A DNA stretch of 64,000 nucleotides, taken from Octopus vulgaris. Lineage: Eukaryota. Positions 13,915-28,224 of this stretch are shown here, one piece after another. The stretch covers positions 51,584,001 through 51,648,000 of the forward strand of contig OX597828.1 of the NCBI GenBank assembly GCA_951406725.2, in the 5' to 3' direction. Positions within the stretch are counted from its first letter, which is position 1, and every line of letters begins with the position of its first letter. A program made the translations under genes and the position numbers. The notes under the pieces are model-generated. The model saw only the letters and a list, made by a program, of their open reading frames with translations. It did no database searches and had not been told where the DNA came from.

Positions 13915-14270
13915 AGAAACGAAGAAGACGAAGAGGAGGAGGAAGAAGAAACGAAGAAGAAGAAGAAGAAGAAGAAGAAGAAGAAGAAGAAGAATTAGAA
14001 GAAGAACAAGAAGAAGAAGAAGAAGGAGGAGGAGAAGGATGAGAAGAAGAGTGGTGGAGAGTAGAGGAAAGGAAAGGAAAAAGAGGAGGAAAAGAGAAGA
14101 GAGTGAGGAGGAAAGAAGGAAGAAATTTAAAGTGGAGAAAGAGGGAGAAGAAATGATAACAAAAAGTAGAAGCAAGGGGGAGACATGATGAAGGGTGTGA
14201 GAAGTAGAATGAAGAGAGGGAGGAGGAGAAAGGGAAAAGGCGGAGGGGGGAGGAAAGAGAAATAGAATGG
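13915..14270. repeat. (GAA)n / purine-rich low-complexity tract
   Basis: Directly visible. Confidence 0.95.
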
Positions 14271-15366
14271 AAAAATTATAGAAGCATAGCTTGTGCTAAT
14301 GAAAGAAAATGAATGAATTGGAGAAATAGAATGAAAGGCAAAGTGAAACAAAAGTAAGAACCTAGTAAAATCTATATTTACAAAAGTTAATATGTGACAG
14401 AGACTATCACATATAGTGTCTAGCGATGACTAAAGAAGAGAACAACAACTGAAGCCGTTTTGTATCATTATTTACATACAACAAGTTACATCGTCTTTAT
14501 TGCACATTTCGAGTCACTTCTCTACATGTACAAGATTTTATGACTTCCAGAAATATTAGCCTTGCCTTAGAAATCGATAGTATTATATGCAATTATATGT
14601 ACATGGCTGGTGCTTCAGAGAAGCGGTAAATTTCATTGTATATATTTCTGATGCCTATTTGGTAATACTTTGTGTCGGTAGTAACGCCAGTTGGAAACAA
14701 AAACAAAAAAAGCAAACAAAAAAAAAACGTTATTATTCACATTTATCATACATTTCCGGATGGGTACATATGTAGCAATAATTTTATGGCCAAGTTTTGA
14801 CAGAGATGATAACCGCACCGCATGATGGTTTTGTGGCTTGTTAGAACAATTTCCAGTTATGATTCTAATGTCAACCGAAGAGAGTTGAAGTTATAAATTT
14901 CCTGTTTTGCCGAAATTTGAAGCTGTAGAGGTGAAACTATCAAAGAAACAATATTATAAATCTATTAGAATCATACGACGGGAAAACTTTGGAACTAAAC
15001 TTTTGCCACCCTGTGTAAAGAGCCGGTAATAATATACACATACGTTATGGCTGCCCTCTCGTTATCGAGTATAGCCATTGCACGAAGCCTAACTGCTACT
15101 GGTGCTGCGATCGAATGTGACTTTTTAGCCCAGCCAAATATCTACAATGTCTTGTACAGAATTGGCAACTAAAACAGAATTGGCAACTAATACACATACA
15201 CACACATACATATATACATACGTACTTTTCCCTTTCTTTTTTCCGACGAAGAGCTATGCTTGAAACGTCTACCTCTCTCTCTTCCTACCGACTATGAAGC
15301 CAATACATGTCTTGTTGTTCGTTAATTCCATTATTCGTCTATTTGAATTGATTGTGTATTTGAACT

Positions 15367-15833
<467 letters not shown>

Positions 15834-15899
15834 TATATATATATATATATATTATATTATATTATATATATATATGTATATGTATATCTGTGTATGTAT

Positions 15900-16337
15900 A
15901 CAACCATCCAACCAACCATCCAACCATCCAACCATCCAACCAATTTTCGAGCCTGCTAGCCAGTCATCCAGCCAATCAAACAACCAGCCAATCAGCAATA
16001 TACCAATCAGGCAACGAACTATCCATCCAGTTATGCAACCAATCAACCAAGGAACCAACTAGCCTACAAACCAATCAACCAGCCTTCCTGTCAGCCAGTC
16101 ATCCAACCAATCAAGAAGCAAAACAAGCAACCAACCAACCAAACAACCAACCAAACAACCAACCAACCAACCAGCCAACCACTCAAACGACAAACCAACC
16201 AATTAACCATCCAGGTAACCAATCAAACAACCGACCAACAAACCAACCTCCTAAACAACCAACCAACCAGCTTTCCAGCAAGGTAGCCTGCCAACCAGCC
16301 AACCAACCAGCTAATCAACCAACCATCCCATCAGCCA
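15900..16337. repeat. Degenerate (CCAA)n tetranucleotide array
   Basis: Directly visible; explains the Q/P/T/N-rich ORF 15830..16447. Confidence 0.92.
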
Positions 16338-16550
16338 ATATTTATATCGGTTATTATTATCTAGAGTTTATGCGAAAGATATTTTTAGCAAAAAAAATTA
16401 TTGATTTCTTTTTCCTTTTTTCAGTATACATCCAGGTTTTTCCATAGAAAAATCCTATTTTGTGTCTTTAAGATAATAATTTTTTGTGCGTATCATTTTG
16501 TATTCTCGATTGGTTAAAATGGGTTATTAAATCGCATAATGAAGAGCTTA

Positions 16551-16627
<77 letters not shown>

Positions 16628-16922
16628 CGATGGTACGAATTATAATTTTGTTACTGCCGCCCTTGCTCTGGTTTACGGCACTTATACTGCTGTTTCTGAT
16701 ACTGCTAATGATACCTGAAAGACTACTATTAAGAGTAGTAGTTACGACATCACCATCATCATCATCATCATCAGAAGTAGTAGTAGTAGTAGTAGTAGTT
16801 GTCGAGTTTCCATTGCTATTCCTGACGCCCCTGCTGGTGTTTTTTTACAACTACCATTATTAATATAAATACGCTTCAGACAGCTACTACTGCTGCTGTG
16901 CTGCTACTGCTACTGTTGCTAT

Positions 16923-17024
<102 letters not shown>

Positions 17025-17769
17025 TAATAATACGGCTGCTGCTACTAACAATATGTGCGCTTTTTGTTTGAGTTAGTTTGTTTCATAACTGGTCACTTGA
17101 TACAAAAAGGAAATCGTCATCATCATCATCATCACCACCACCATCAACATGATCACGATCATGATCCTGATTATAATCATGAACATCATCTGAGCAGCTA
17201 GTCGATGGTGGGTGTGTTCACTTGACCTGCTAGAAATAGAAGCCAAAGTATCTATAAATCGCACTCTCCTGCATAGAAACATATTACTGAATATTATATC
17301 TAAAAGTACAAGATCATCTCCGACGACTAGTCTTTGGGAACATGCCTCATTCATCGCGGACGACTGAGGTGTATTTGGTGTGGATAACATCAGGAAAAAA
17401 CACCATAACCAGCATCGTCATTGTCCTCATTATCATCCCCGTGACTACTGTGAAAATGATGATGATGATCGTGATCAATCTTCTCAGTCATCTTAAATTC
17501 TCTCTTCCACACTTTCAACTTTACCATTTTGAACATCACCATTTTCTACCGTTTCGAAATTATGGAAACGTTATTTGTCATATTCTATTCTGGCAGAATG
17601 AATCCAATTACTTTTTGTTTCCTAAAGCGTTTCACAAAATACGTGAACGTTCCCCTAAAAATTGAATTTTGCTACCAATTGAATACTGTAATTTTATGTC
17701 ATAATGTAAGACCACTTTCATAAATGAAATAACCAAGAGAACACGTCTGACACTCCGTGGGTTATTATG

Positions 17770-18053
17770 ATGAGGGTTACAATTGATCCAATGAACAGAA
17801 CAGCTGCTCGGGAAATTAACGCTCAAGTAGCTCAGCACTCCACAGATACGCGTAACCTATAAGTAGTTCTCGGGGGTATTCAGCGTGACAGAGGATGTGA
17901 TAAAGATGGCTCTTTGAAAACTCAGATACTACTCATTCCGGAGCAATGTGAAATAAAGTGCGTTGCTCAGGGACTCAACGCGCCACCGGGAATCGAACCT
18001 ATGGCAGAACCATCGTGAGCGGAATGCATTATCAACTACGCCACGCGCCTTCA
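17770..18053 (-). mobile_element. SINE family D (tRNA head plus CORE-like region)
   Basis: Reverse complement reads gaaggcgcgtggcgtagttg..ggttcgattcccgg..gtccctgagcaacgcactttatttcacattgctcc. Confidence 0.7.
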
Positions 18054-18616
18054 CTAAATGACATCAGTTGGAAGTTCACAAGCACAATCTTCTTAGAAAA
18101 TGCCAGACACGTTCATGGAAACAATCTCTATCCACTAAAGAGGAGTGTAATGAAAATAGATTAAAACGGTTTCAAATAGAAACCTAACCTCGATTACAAG
18201 TTCATTGTACCGATGCCTTCCGCATTTTACATCTCCAATCGCATTAAATTTTATAAAATCAATAAATATAAGTTGAATATTGTATCAAGAAGGATAAGAT
18301 CAAAGAGAAGAGTTAATCTACAACACAAACCGTTTATTGTACGTAATAATGCAAGCAAAGTTAAAGTAAATATGAATCTTTGGTCTCTTTGTATTTCAAT
18401 TAATTAATATACTAAATGAATACTTAAGATAATTGCCTAATAAGAATGCATGGCTTGCCTAATTGACAATTATATTTCCAAATAATCTAGATTTCACAAA
18501 AGACATCGTTTCTTTGATTATCTGAAGCCTTTTACTGGCGTGTGTACGTGTTTGTGTGTGAGTGTGTGGGTGTACGTACGCACGTATGTGTGTATATCTA
18601 TCTATCTACCCCCCCC

Positions 18617-18652
<36 letters not shown>

Positions 18653-18679
18653 GTATATATCGGAGTAAGCACATAAATG

Positions 18680-18716
18680 TGTTACTCAGAGTTTCGCGTT
18701 CCCGTTCGTCGGACAG
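18680..18716 (-). ncRNA. Hammerhead-like motif, same family as 91-128
   Basis: Reverse complement ctgt-CCGACGA-acgggaacgc-GAAAC-tctga-GTA-aca. Confidence 0.55.
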
Positions 18717-19910
18717 TTTTGTTAAAATAGAACAGAAATAACGATATGATAAAAACTAGTTAAAGGATACACCTTTAAAATTGGATTCGCTTCATTGGTC
18801 CTTTCAATTAACGGTCTTAAATGTGCGGTAAACAAAATAAACAAAATAAATGAATTTAATATAAATTAGTCCTATTATAAAAAAAAAATCGAGGAAAAAC
18901 CTGAAATCTAAGAGCGGATTCAAAATACATATTGTCATTAATTATATACGAAATATAATTCCATCAATACAATTAATACATTAGAAATTAAAATATTTCA
19001 CAACAGTTTATACGCATACTACACCATCTATATACATATATACATCGAAATACACAGATGGATATACACAGACCACGTATATTTTTGATTCTTGGACTAG
19101 TTTTTAATCACACCGTTGGATTTGTTTCTTATTATGCATGATTTATTCCGCATCGCAAAGTTATTGTATATATTTCGACATTTTTCTTAAGGAAAACCTT
19201 CAACTGTTATATACAAATATTATTTTCTTGTTTAGGATTTTGCTTTTATTTTATTTCATTTTATTGTATTTTATCGTTTAATTTATAGATAATTCGATAG
19301 AGGGTGTTCTACTTTGCATGTCTTTTATCCGAATTTTATTATTATGCACTCTGCAATTTTTAAAAATAATGTTATTTGTATATACGTCAGGACCTAGGCA
19401 TGTTTTTATGTGGATATTTGTATTGTTGGCATGCATATGCATTCGCATGTGTGGGCCTATGTATATGTGTAAGTAAGCGTGTATATTTATACTTATGCAC
19501 ATACATACATGGATGTATATGTATGCATGTATTCACTTGAATTTGTGTGGATGTGTATTTACGTACTTATCTCTATATATTTATATATGTGTCCTTATAT
19601 GTGTATTTACTGCTAATATACACTTTTATATTCACATGTATACGTAATTCTCTTTTGTGTACGTTCGTTACGCATATTCAGACTTCTTTCTTTCTTCCTT
19701 TCTTTCGTTACGGAAAAGTATTTTTTCTCCCCCTATTCGTTACTTGTATAGAGTCCTGTAAATTTACGCCCCCTCCCCTTCTCTTACTCACTTCTTTAGC
19801 TATCTGTTGCTTATAATATCCTTACCTTTTCTTTTTCTTTTTCTTCATCTTCCCCCTCTCTGCGTTTTACTTCTAGTCTATATGTATACACCAAGTGACT
19901 TTAGCATGCT

Positions 19911-20195
19911 AGTGGTGACGAGAAATAGGTTCTCTATAAAAATGTCAAGCACCGGAGACAGTGGGTTGGGAAAGGAGAAACATCGACACTCCAGGCTAAA
20001 GAAGGTCTTCACCCATGTAAGATGTTGTTATCTCTTTGGTGGTGTATGAAAGTTTTAGTCCACTTTGAACTTTTAAAACCAAACTAAACAATAACAAAGG
20101 AGATCTACTGCCAGCTGTTTAGGTGGATTCAGTCAGCGCTAGCAGAAAAACGATTTAAAGTTTCGTGGCAAGAAGCGTGTCATCAAGGCTACAAA
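19911..20195 (+). pseudogene. Mariner transposase catalytic-domain fragment
   Basis: SGDEK*VLYKNVKHRRQWVGKGETSTLQAKEGLHPCKMLLSLWWCMKVLVHFELLKPN*TITKEIYCQL contains the TGDEKW and LHP.K.ML.WW motifs. Confidence 0.85.
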
Positions 20196-20491
20196 TTTAA
20201 GCGAGCCAAGTACGTGAGCCTTCAGCAGGATTGCAGGGGAAAGGATGACTGTCAGGGCTTTTCCCAAATGAGGGTGACAGTAATGGATTGCTTATGCAGT
20301 CGGTACGGTGGACGCTTACAGCCACTGGAACATCAGGAGAGGAGAGAAGGTTAGCTTCTTGCATGACGGTACAGGATGGGCCAGGCAACAGAAAGTGCCT
20401 CTTGCTGGTTATGGATCAAAAGAAAGGAGTTAAGCTGGAATCCAGGAGAACAAAGGTGTATATGTGTAAGTATGTGTGTATGTGTATCTAT

Positions 20492-20586
<95 letters not shown>

Positions 20587-20814
20587 GCTATCTATCTATC
20601 TATATTTATATATTTAATATTTTTGGACTAATGAGTATATGTCGATTAATGTGTAGAAGTGTTGAGTATAGCACGTGCACTGTTTGGGCTACGTAGCGTC
20701 ATCTACCGCCGGGGTATATTTCCGCTGGATCGACTTCAGGAAATCCGCAGTGTTAGTTGAGATAATAATAAGAATTTCTTAGATAGCGAGATGGATTTGG
20801 TTTTAACTTTATTT

Positions 20815-20920
20815 TGTACAAGGCTCGTTTCGACCCATTCTGCTACTGTCCCTTAAGGACGGGACTCCTCTTAACATGTTGTGTTGCATCAATTTTGCTT
20901 TCTGGGTCTCATCAGGTACA
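20815..20920 (-). ncRNA. Type-I hammerhead-like motif with long loop II
   Basis: Reverse complement tgtac-CTGATGA-gaccc...gggtc-GAAAC-gagc-CTT-gtaca; 5-bp stems I and II, triplet altered from GTH. Confidence 0.6.
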
Positions 20921-21430
20921 TCCATACATTTATACATAAACGCTTGTATCTCGCTAAGGACCCTGAGTCTTGTTGTTGTAAGCCCGTCTGGTTAGGGAAT
21001 GAAGCATCACTAAATTATTCACTTACAATTTTCTTTCTTCAACAAGAGTTGCAAACATATTTAAATATAGACAAATAATTGTGGATAAAAATAAAAAGAT
21101 TCGTAGGGAAATTTAATGAATGGAGATGAATTGAGTTACATTGAGTTTAAGAGAGAGGAAAATCTTTTTAATGAAAAAACATAGAAATACCGACATGCAA
21201 TTGAGCACGCAGTGCATCGATGAATACTAAATTTGTGTCGGTATGTGTATGCACGTATGTAAAATATTAATATATGTACGCCTGTATACATGCTAACATC
21301 ATTAATTAATTATCAGTTTATATAACGTCATTACATATGCCAGGTGGTGCTATATATTTTATCAGGATACTCTGCTCATTCTCTGATTACAATATGCAGT
21401 TCTGCAAACAGCTAATTAGGTGTTTGACAC

Positions 21431-21494
<64 letters not shown>

Positions 21495-21643
21495 GTTTCT
21501 GTCTCTCTGTCTATCTGTGTCTGTCTAACTATCTGTATATCTATGTGTTAGTGTGTGTATATATATATGTCTATATATATCCATGTATATATAATAAATA
21601 TATATATAAATGTGTGTGTATACATATAAATATAATATATATT

Positions 21644-21691
<48 letters not shown>

Positions 21692-21792
21692 CACACACAC
21701 ACATATATATAGACATATATATACACATTTATATGTATATGCACAAATATGTAGAGAGACATATACATGCAAACAATTAATATGCGTTTCTG

Positions 21793-21838
<46 letters not shown>

Positions 21839-22199
21839 TGCACGCACGCACGCACACACACACAAATGTACACGTAAGTCCGTTATATATTTTAGTTGAT
21901 TAATTATTAAAAACAACAATAGCCTGTATTAATCTACATACTCCTCTGATTTCAGTTCATGTTGTGCTTTAGTAACTCACCTATAAACAACGTAAAATTG
22001 AATGTTCTTCCAAAAGTACATAAAGAAGTTCACTTTTATCTGTTTCTTTCATTCTTAGCCTCTTAAACGTTTGTTGTATATAAAGAACACCTGGTATATA
22101 GAACACCTGGAAAACAATATGCACACGCGGCTATACATATTTTTCGGTAAACTTTGACATTGTAAAAGTCACCAACTTATGTTATATGAAGTGTAGGGA

Positions 22200-24324
22200 A
22201 GTTCTGTCTATTGGTTATATATAAAAAAATAACACGAATGAAGAATGACTGGGCTCCGAACTACAGAAACATCCCAAACTTAAATGCCAAACAGCTACAA
22301 CAATACACCAATTGCTTGAGATGCAAACTGTTATCCCTACAAATCATATTTAATGAGTCGAACCACTCTGTTATTTCTTCTTCCGAGAAGATAAGAAGCA
22401 CGGTCTATGTCGGATGCAACGACAATAAAACTGAGACGAACTTCAATGACAGATGACAGGGGCGAAGAGTAAACATTTTCGAAAAGAGAGAAACTATGAA
22501 TAAGAAATATAAACTACTAAAAGAATACTTAGCAACACAAATTTAACAAAACCTCACAATCTGTATCGATAGATAATTAAATGAGAGGCCAATTAAGAGA
22601 TGAATTGCTAGTAAGCCAGCCGACGTGATATTACCATTGAAGGACAAAATGCCTAAAAACAATTAGCAAAGATTGAAAATCCCAGCTTGTGGACATTGAA
22701 TGTTCTGCCACATAGAGCCGTGATTTATGGGAGTAGTAGATGGGTTCGATCCTAGTGAGAGGAAAGAACCAAAATTAATTATCATATTCCAGACACATAA
22801 CGATGGATTTTCGGAAAATAATTGGACAGCGAAGTGCTGTCATTAACTTCAATGTAAATAATATTTTCACAGCCAGTTTCACGTTATGATAAAATATCTA
22901 AAGCCTGTAGGAAGGTGTTGGCAAGATGCGCTGATGGGTAAGTTAATTGCCCTGGAAAACGAATAGCGAATGTCAAGGGAAAAAATTTCGTTAAATACAA
23001 ATAGCTAATAGAGCAAAAAGCCATTATTCGCAAGTTTGCACTAAACTCACGGGCATTGTATTGTAGTATGAAGAGCCATACTATAAAGGTTGTGAAAGGC
23101 CGTTCCCTTGGATGATCATCGGGAATGTAAACATAAAATACAGCCGTGGAAATATGAACTACGGAGGGAGCACTATGCAGATATCACTCCAAAAACCTAT
23201 ATAGTCAATATTAAAACTCTCCTGGATGTTGCAGAAAATCTGCCGACCAGGAAACCACATGAGAGACTCCTCGTAGTTTGTTTCTACTACAGAAAGTTCG
23301 TATTTCTAAAGTGCAGCTCTCTTCAAAAGTGCGATGAACCCTATAGTCTTGGAAAAAGATATATCTAGTGTTATACATATATAACACAGGTTGGCAGTTG
23401 CTGGTACAATACCGTGAGATATAGCATTGAGGCTAAAAGCATTTACAATGTTATCTGCAGGAATGATTGACTTTATGAAAGGCACATCAAAAGCAGAATA
23501 TATCAACACATTCAAAGATACACAACACTATCAGAAGGTTCCATTAAAACAAAAAGCAAAAAAACCCTGTGTAGGGTTAACTGGCCACATAGTTGGAGGG
23601 GACATGTAGCAAAAGTCGCGCACCGATGTAGACATATGCTGCTCGAGGGAAATTATTGTCACTATGGAGAACTAACAAGAAGCATATGACTCTTATATGC
23701 ACACTATAAATTGTTTTTTCCCGTTTATCGTAGATGCACTGGGTTAGGTAAGAATAGGTTTGCATAGGGAACTAGAAATGATAATGTTCTTTATAAGAGA
23801 ACAAAGCAAGTATATTCACATGCTCCATAAAAATCAATTAGAAGAACAGTATTAATGAAACATTTCAAGCGTTTTCATTTGGGGTTTCTGGATGAACGAA
23901 AAACGATCGAAAAAACTTTTTAATCGAAAAAATTTCTAAACGATGAACATTTATCTGACCTTATATATTATATATTATTTATTTATATGCTTCCTATATA
24001 TATGTATTTTTATATATTTTTTATATATCTATATATTTATATATTTCTTTATATTTTTAGGTATTTATTATTCTAGATGTAATGTTAAAAATATATTTAT
24101 TTTTAGTCGCTAAATTATTAATCATTAACTTTTAACCGCGATGGACTGTATTCATACATTTTTCTTATATTTTTCTTATATGCTTGTACTAATGAGTTGT
24201 GTTTCATCTTCCGTGATGTTATACATGTATATTCTATGTGAAAGAAAAAGCATTATGTGATTAAATGTTCGAGATAAGAAATGTTACGTGGATGACCTTG
24301 GATTTGTTTGTTCTGCGACCATAG

Positions 24325-24330
<6 letters not shown>
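22200..24330 (+). mobile_element. Possible highly decayed Penelope-like retroelement (RT/GIY-YIG remnants plus AT-rich tail ending at (TA)n)
   Basis: Short peptides RKP..EPYSLGKRYI (cf. PLE thumb 'IPYSLARRI'), LDD and KKHMTL across broken frames; coding-like composition. Weak, by-eye similarity only. Confidence 0.35.
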
Positions 24331-24369
<39 letters not shown>

Positions 24370-24689
24370 CATACATACACACGTACATACGTACATACAT
24401 ACATACATATATACATGCATACATTACATACATTCGTACATACACACATATGTGTATGTATGCATATGTATCTATAAACGGTTGCGAATATATCATGCAA
24501 TTTTGCAAAATCTTAAGAAACGCATCGATTCATTTCCATGAAAACCCTGATCCATCTTATAGATTAATTAATCTTAGTAAAAGATGTAGATAGTGAAGAT
24601 GAAAGTGAAACACAAGAAATTCTTAGTAACGAGTAAAATACAATATTCTATTAAAGAAATGCCTCATGAAAGGAGTAAAAGTAATTAGA

Positions 24690-25018
24690 TTTTACACTTT
24701 TATCTTCTATCTTCTGCTGCTGCTGTGCTGGTGTAACTCTTTGAAGAATTTTAATAGAAGGACTCGACCCCCACCCACTACTTATTTTCCAAAATCTGAG
24801 TTTTTTTTCTATCGGTTTCTTTAAACGAATTGCTAAGTTACGAAGGCGTAAGCACAACACCAACTCAGGTTGTCAAGTGATAGGTGCGACAACCACAAAG
24901 AGATAGACACACACACAGAAACACGCCCACGCGAACCCTTCCACACACACACACATACATACACACAAACACATGCGTGCACACGCACACACACACAACC
25001 ATACCTCTCCCCACATAT

Positions 25019-25096
<78 letters not shown>

Positions 25097-25450
25097 GGAG
25101 AGTTTACTAAAAAAAACAAAAGACGAAGACATGTAGTGTAGAAAACTAACAGATGTATTAGTATAACGCTCAGGAATAGAAAAAGTCTTTTACGTTTCGA
25201 GCCTACGCTCTTCTACAGAAAGGGGCACAGAAAAAAAAACAAGGAGAGAGAAAAAAAGGAGAGAAAAAAACAAAGAGAGAAACAAGGAGGAAAAAATGTG
25301 TGTAGTGGCTAACGATGACGGTTTTCTTTCATTTTCCTTCTACCAAATTCTGCTAAAAAAATATCTGCTAGTAGATGACAGCTGCCTAAGATGCCACGCA
25401 GTGGATCTGAACCTGTAAGGATGTTGTTCGGAAGCTTACTATGTAGTCAC
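24690..25450 (-). mobile_element. Old SINE family A copy split by a hammerhead cassette
   Basis: Degenerate 3' half at ~24690-24930 and 5' half at ~25320-25450 flank microsatellite plus insert. Confidence 0.6.
25095..25320 (-). mobile_element. Same cassette family as 63058-63180; hammerhead-like motif at 25187-25222
   Basis: Reverse complement cttt-CTGTAGA-a gagc gtag gctc-GAAAC-GTA-aaag; its 3' end abuts (TA)n. Confidence 0.7.
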
Positions 25451-25859
25451 ACTTACTACAATATGTCACAGTTAGATCGCAGTGGAACATTGTTCAGGCA
25501 TGCGCAGTTAGGTGAAACTGATACGACTGTGTTGAAATACTCGGATGGATAGTTTAATATCAACCACTTAGCGCCTTACAATTATTGCCTACTTACAATT
25601 AGGCAATAATTATTAGCGCCTTACAATTATTGCCTAAATTACTCAACGAAAACAATATCTACCATACTCATTTTGTGAGTGATCATGGGAATGGTTTTGC
25701 TGGTGATTCTAATTATCTGGTTACGCAATTTTCCGAAATAAATTTCAAAAAGAAAAAGGATAATATTGACGACTTCTTTCCTGCAAGAGATTTAAATACC
25801 CGATGATACAACCTTTATAACGTTGTTCTATATTTATGAGATGAGGAATTATGTACATT

Positions 25860-26258
25860 TACTCTTTTACTTATTTTAGTCATTTGACTGTCGCCATGCT
25901 GGAGCACCGCCTTATAGTTGAGCAAATCGACCCCAGGACTTATTCTTTGTAAGCCTAGTACTTATTCTATCGGTCACTTTGCCCAACAACTAAGTTACGG
26001 GGACGTAAACACACCATCATCAGTTGTCAAGCAATGTTGGGGGAACAAACATAGACACAAACATATACACACATATACATACATATATACATATATACTA
26101 CAGGCTTCTTTCAGTTTCCGTCTACCAAATCCACTCACAAGGCTTTGGTCGGCCCGAGGCAAGAGTATAAGATATTTGCCCAAGGTGCCACGCAGTGGGA
26201 CTGAACCCGAAACCATGTGGTTGGTAAGCAACCTACTTACCACACAGCCACTCCTGTG
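25860..26258 (-). mobile_element. SINE family A
   Basis: Reverse-complement match to family A over its full length. Confidence 0.9.
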
Positions 26259-26563
26259 CACATTATTCACATTTCAGGACAAAAATACCTAAATGTAAAT
26301 AATGTGCTTCTTAATGTTTTCCTTTTTGTTGCAATACGTAACACATCACGTACGCCCATTTTTGCTACTACAGTTGGTCTTCGTCTATTCAATACTGACG
26401 TCTGGGAGTCGCCTTTCAGTTATGTAATTCTCGAGGTATAGTCGAGTTATGTACGTTGTAGTACTCTGCGAAGAATGTGTTGTTGAATGTGTTACTCTCG
26501 CTGTGGTATTTAGCACCAAATTACTTGTTCAAAGTGATTATATCGAACCGATCTAGAATAATG

Positions 26564-26777
26564 TACGAGAGAGTGGTAAAAAGTTCCTGGTTTAAGGTTG
26601 TTGTGAAAGATCAGGCTGGAGGGCCAAACTTCCGTGTTCTTCTAGAGACCTCAGATACACCTAAGTATGTTGCAATATGTGTGTTAATCTCAGAGGAGAA
26701 TATGTTGAACAAAATTATGATTAACTGACCCTCCTGTATTTTCTTTTACTGAAAGCCAAACATTTTTCAGCACCTCA
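26564..26777 (+). mobile_element. Mariner-derived MITE
   Basis: Degenerate terminal inverted repeats tacgagagagtggtaaaaagttcctggttt / aaagccaaacatttttcagcacctca; internal LRGEYVE remnant of a mariner C-terminus. Confidence 0.65.
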
Positions 26778-27386
26778 TCAAAATCTAAAATTTAACGTTG
26801 TGAAATATAATATTTTCTGGTTTTATTAACAATACACTCCCGATCCAACGAACTTGAACTTGTTAAGTTTCACTGGACTATATTGATTATTGAACAATAA
26901 TATGAAGCGAATGAAATTACGCGCTTTAATGAGCAGAAAAGCGGGAGGAATTAAAGCAGTTTAGCTGTAAAATGAAAACCGATATTGTCTAGTGGAATAT
27001 ACAGCCATTAATCCATTCGTAATTAAAACAGCTAAATCTAATTACTTCTATAAGGGTACGGCAAAAGTGCCTTCACACACACATTCACATAAATTAGGTT
27101 TCAGACACTTAGAACAATAAATACAGGAATATTTCGCTTCGAAAATATAGTCTCAGACATGGATCATATACATCAATTTGCCTTTCATCCTGTCGGGGTC
27201 GATAAATTAAATTTCAGTTGCGTACTGGGGTCGATCTAATCGACTCCCCCCCCCCCCAAAAAAAAAAATTTCTGGCCTTGTGACTAGAGTGGAAAAGAAT
27301 GTTGAACCAAATTCTGGCTAGATAGATTTCAACGTTTACAAATGGTACGAGCCTACTAATATGTCTGTTACAAATATATGTATAGA

Positions 27387-27726
27387 CGCGTAGAAGTGGC
27401 TGTGTGGTAAGTAGCTTGCTAACGAACCACATGGTTCCGGGTTCAGTCTCACTGCGTGGAACCTTGGGCAAGTGTCTCGGGCCGAACAAAGCCTTGTAAG
27501 TGGATTTGGTAGACAGAAACTGAAAGAAGCCCGTCGTATATATATATATATATATTTAACAGATGCTGGTATGTTTACGTCCCCGTAACTAAGCGGTTTG
27601 GCAAAAGAGACCGATAGAATAAGTACTAGGCTTACAAATAAGTCCTGGGATCTATTTCCTCGACTAAATGCGGTGCTCAAGCTTGACCGCAGTCCAATGA
27701 CTGAAACAAGTAAAAGAGTAAAAGAG
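27387..27726 (+). mobile_element. SINE family A (internal deletions)
   Basis: Head, core and tail match family A. Confidence 0.9.
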
Positions 27727-28224
27727 CCTTATAAAATAATGTACAGCGTTCGACCAATTTTCTTACGCCACATCCACCCCATATCCTAAAATTATATAGA
27801 TTTCTTAAAAAAACTCGACGTTATCACATTTTAGGAGGCTGAGTGACCCGATTTTATAGAATGCTGTACATGACTAGCAATATATTCTTTCGAATCATTG
27901 TGGCATGAAATGATACATACCTAAAACACATAAGACATCTTTTTTCGCAGTTTCACGATTTATGATTTGTAATTTAAACAAACGCCTGTATTTACTGACG
28001 CCTATTTGAACATAAACGTATAACGCTTGAGTCTAAAATAAGTAAAAATCATTGGAACTAAACAAGTTCAATCAACCTCTGTAATATTTGTCATAAATGA
28101 ATACCAATTCTTGCAAAATGCTGCTATCCTCAAAGATATATTGCATTATATTCAATCACATCTTTTGTGATCTAGGTTTCCACCGAGCTCCACATCCTGC
28201 TCTCACTACCAAAAATATGGATTT

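Noticed and set aside
15156-15191. Tandem acagaattggcaactaa duplication (similar local duplication at 25570-25640)
   Set aside because: Simple slippage-type duplication with no associated element.
24651-24863. 70-aa ORF with plausible composition
   Set aside because: It is the degenerate 3' half of SINE A.
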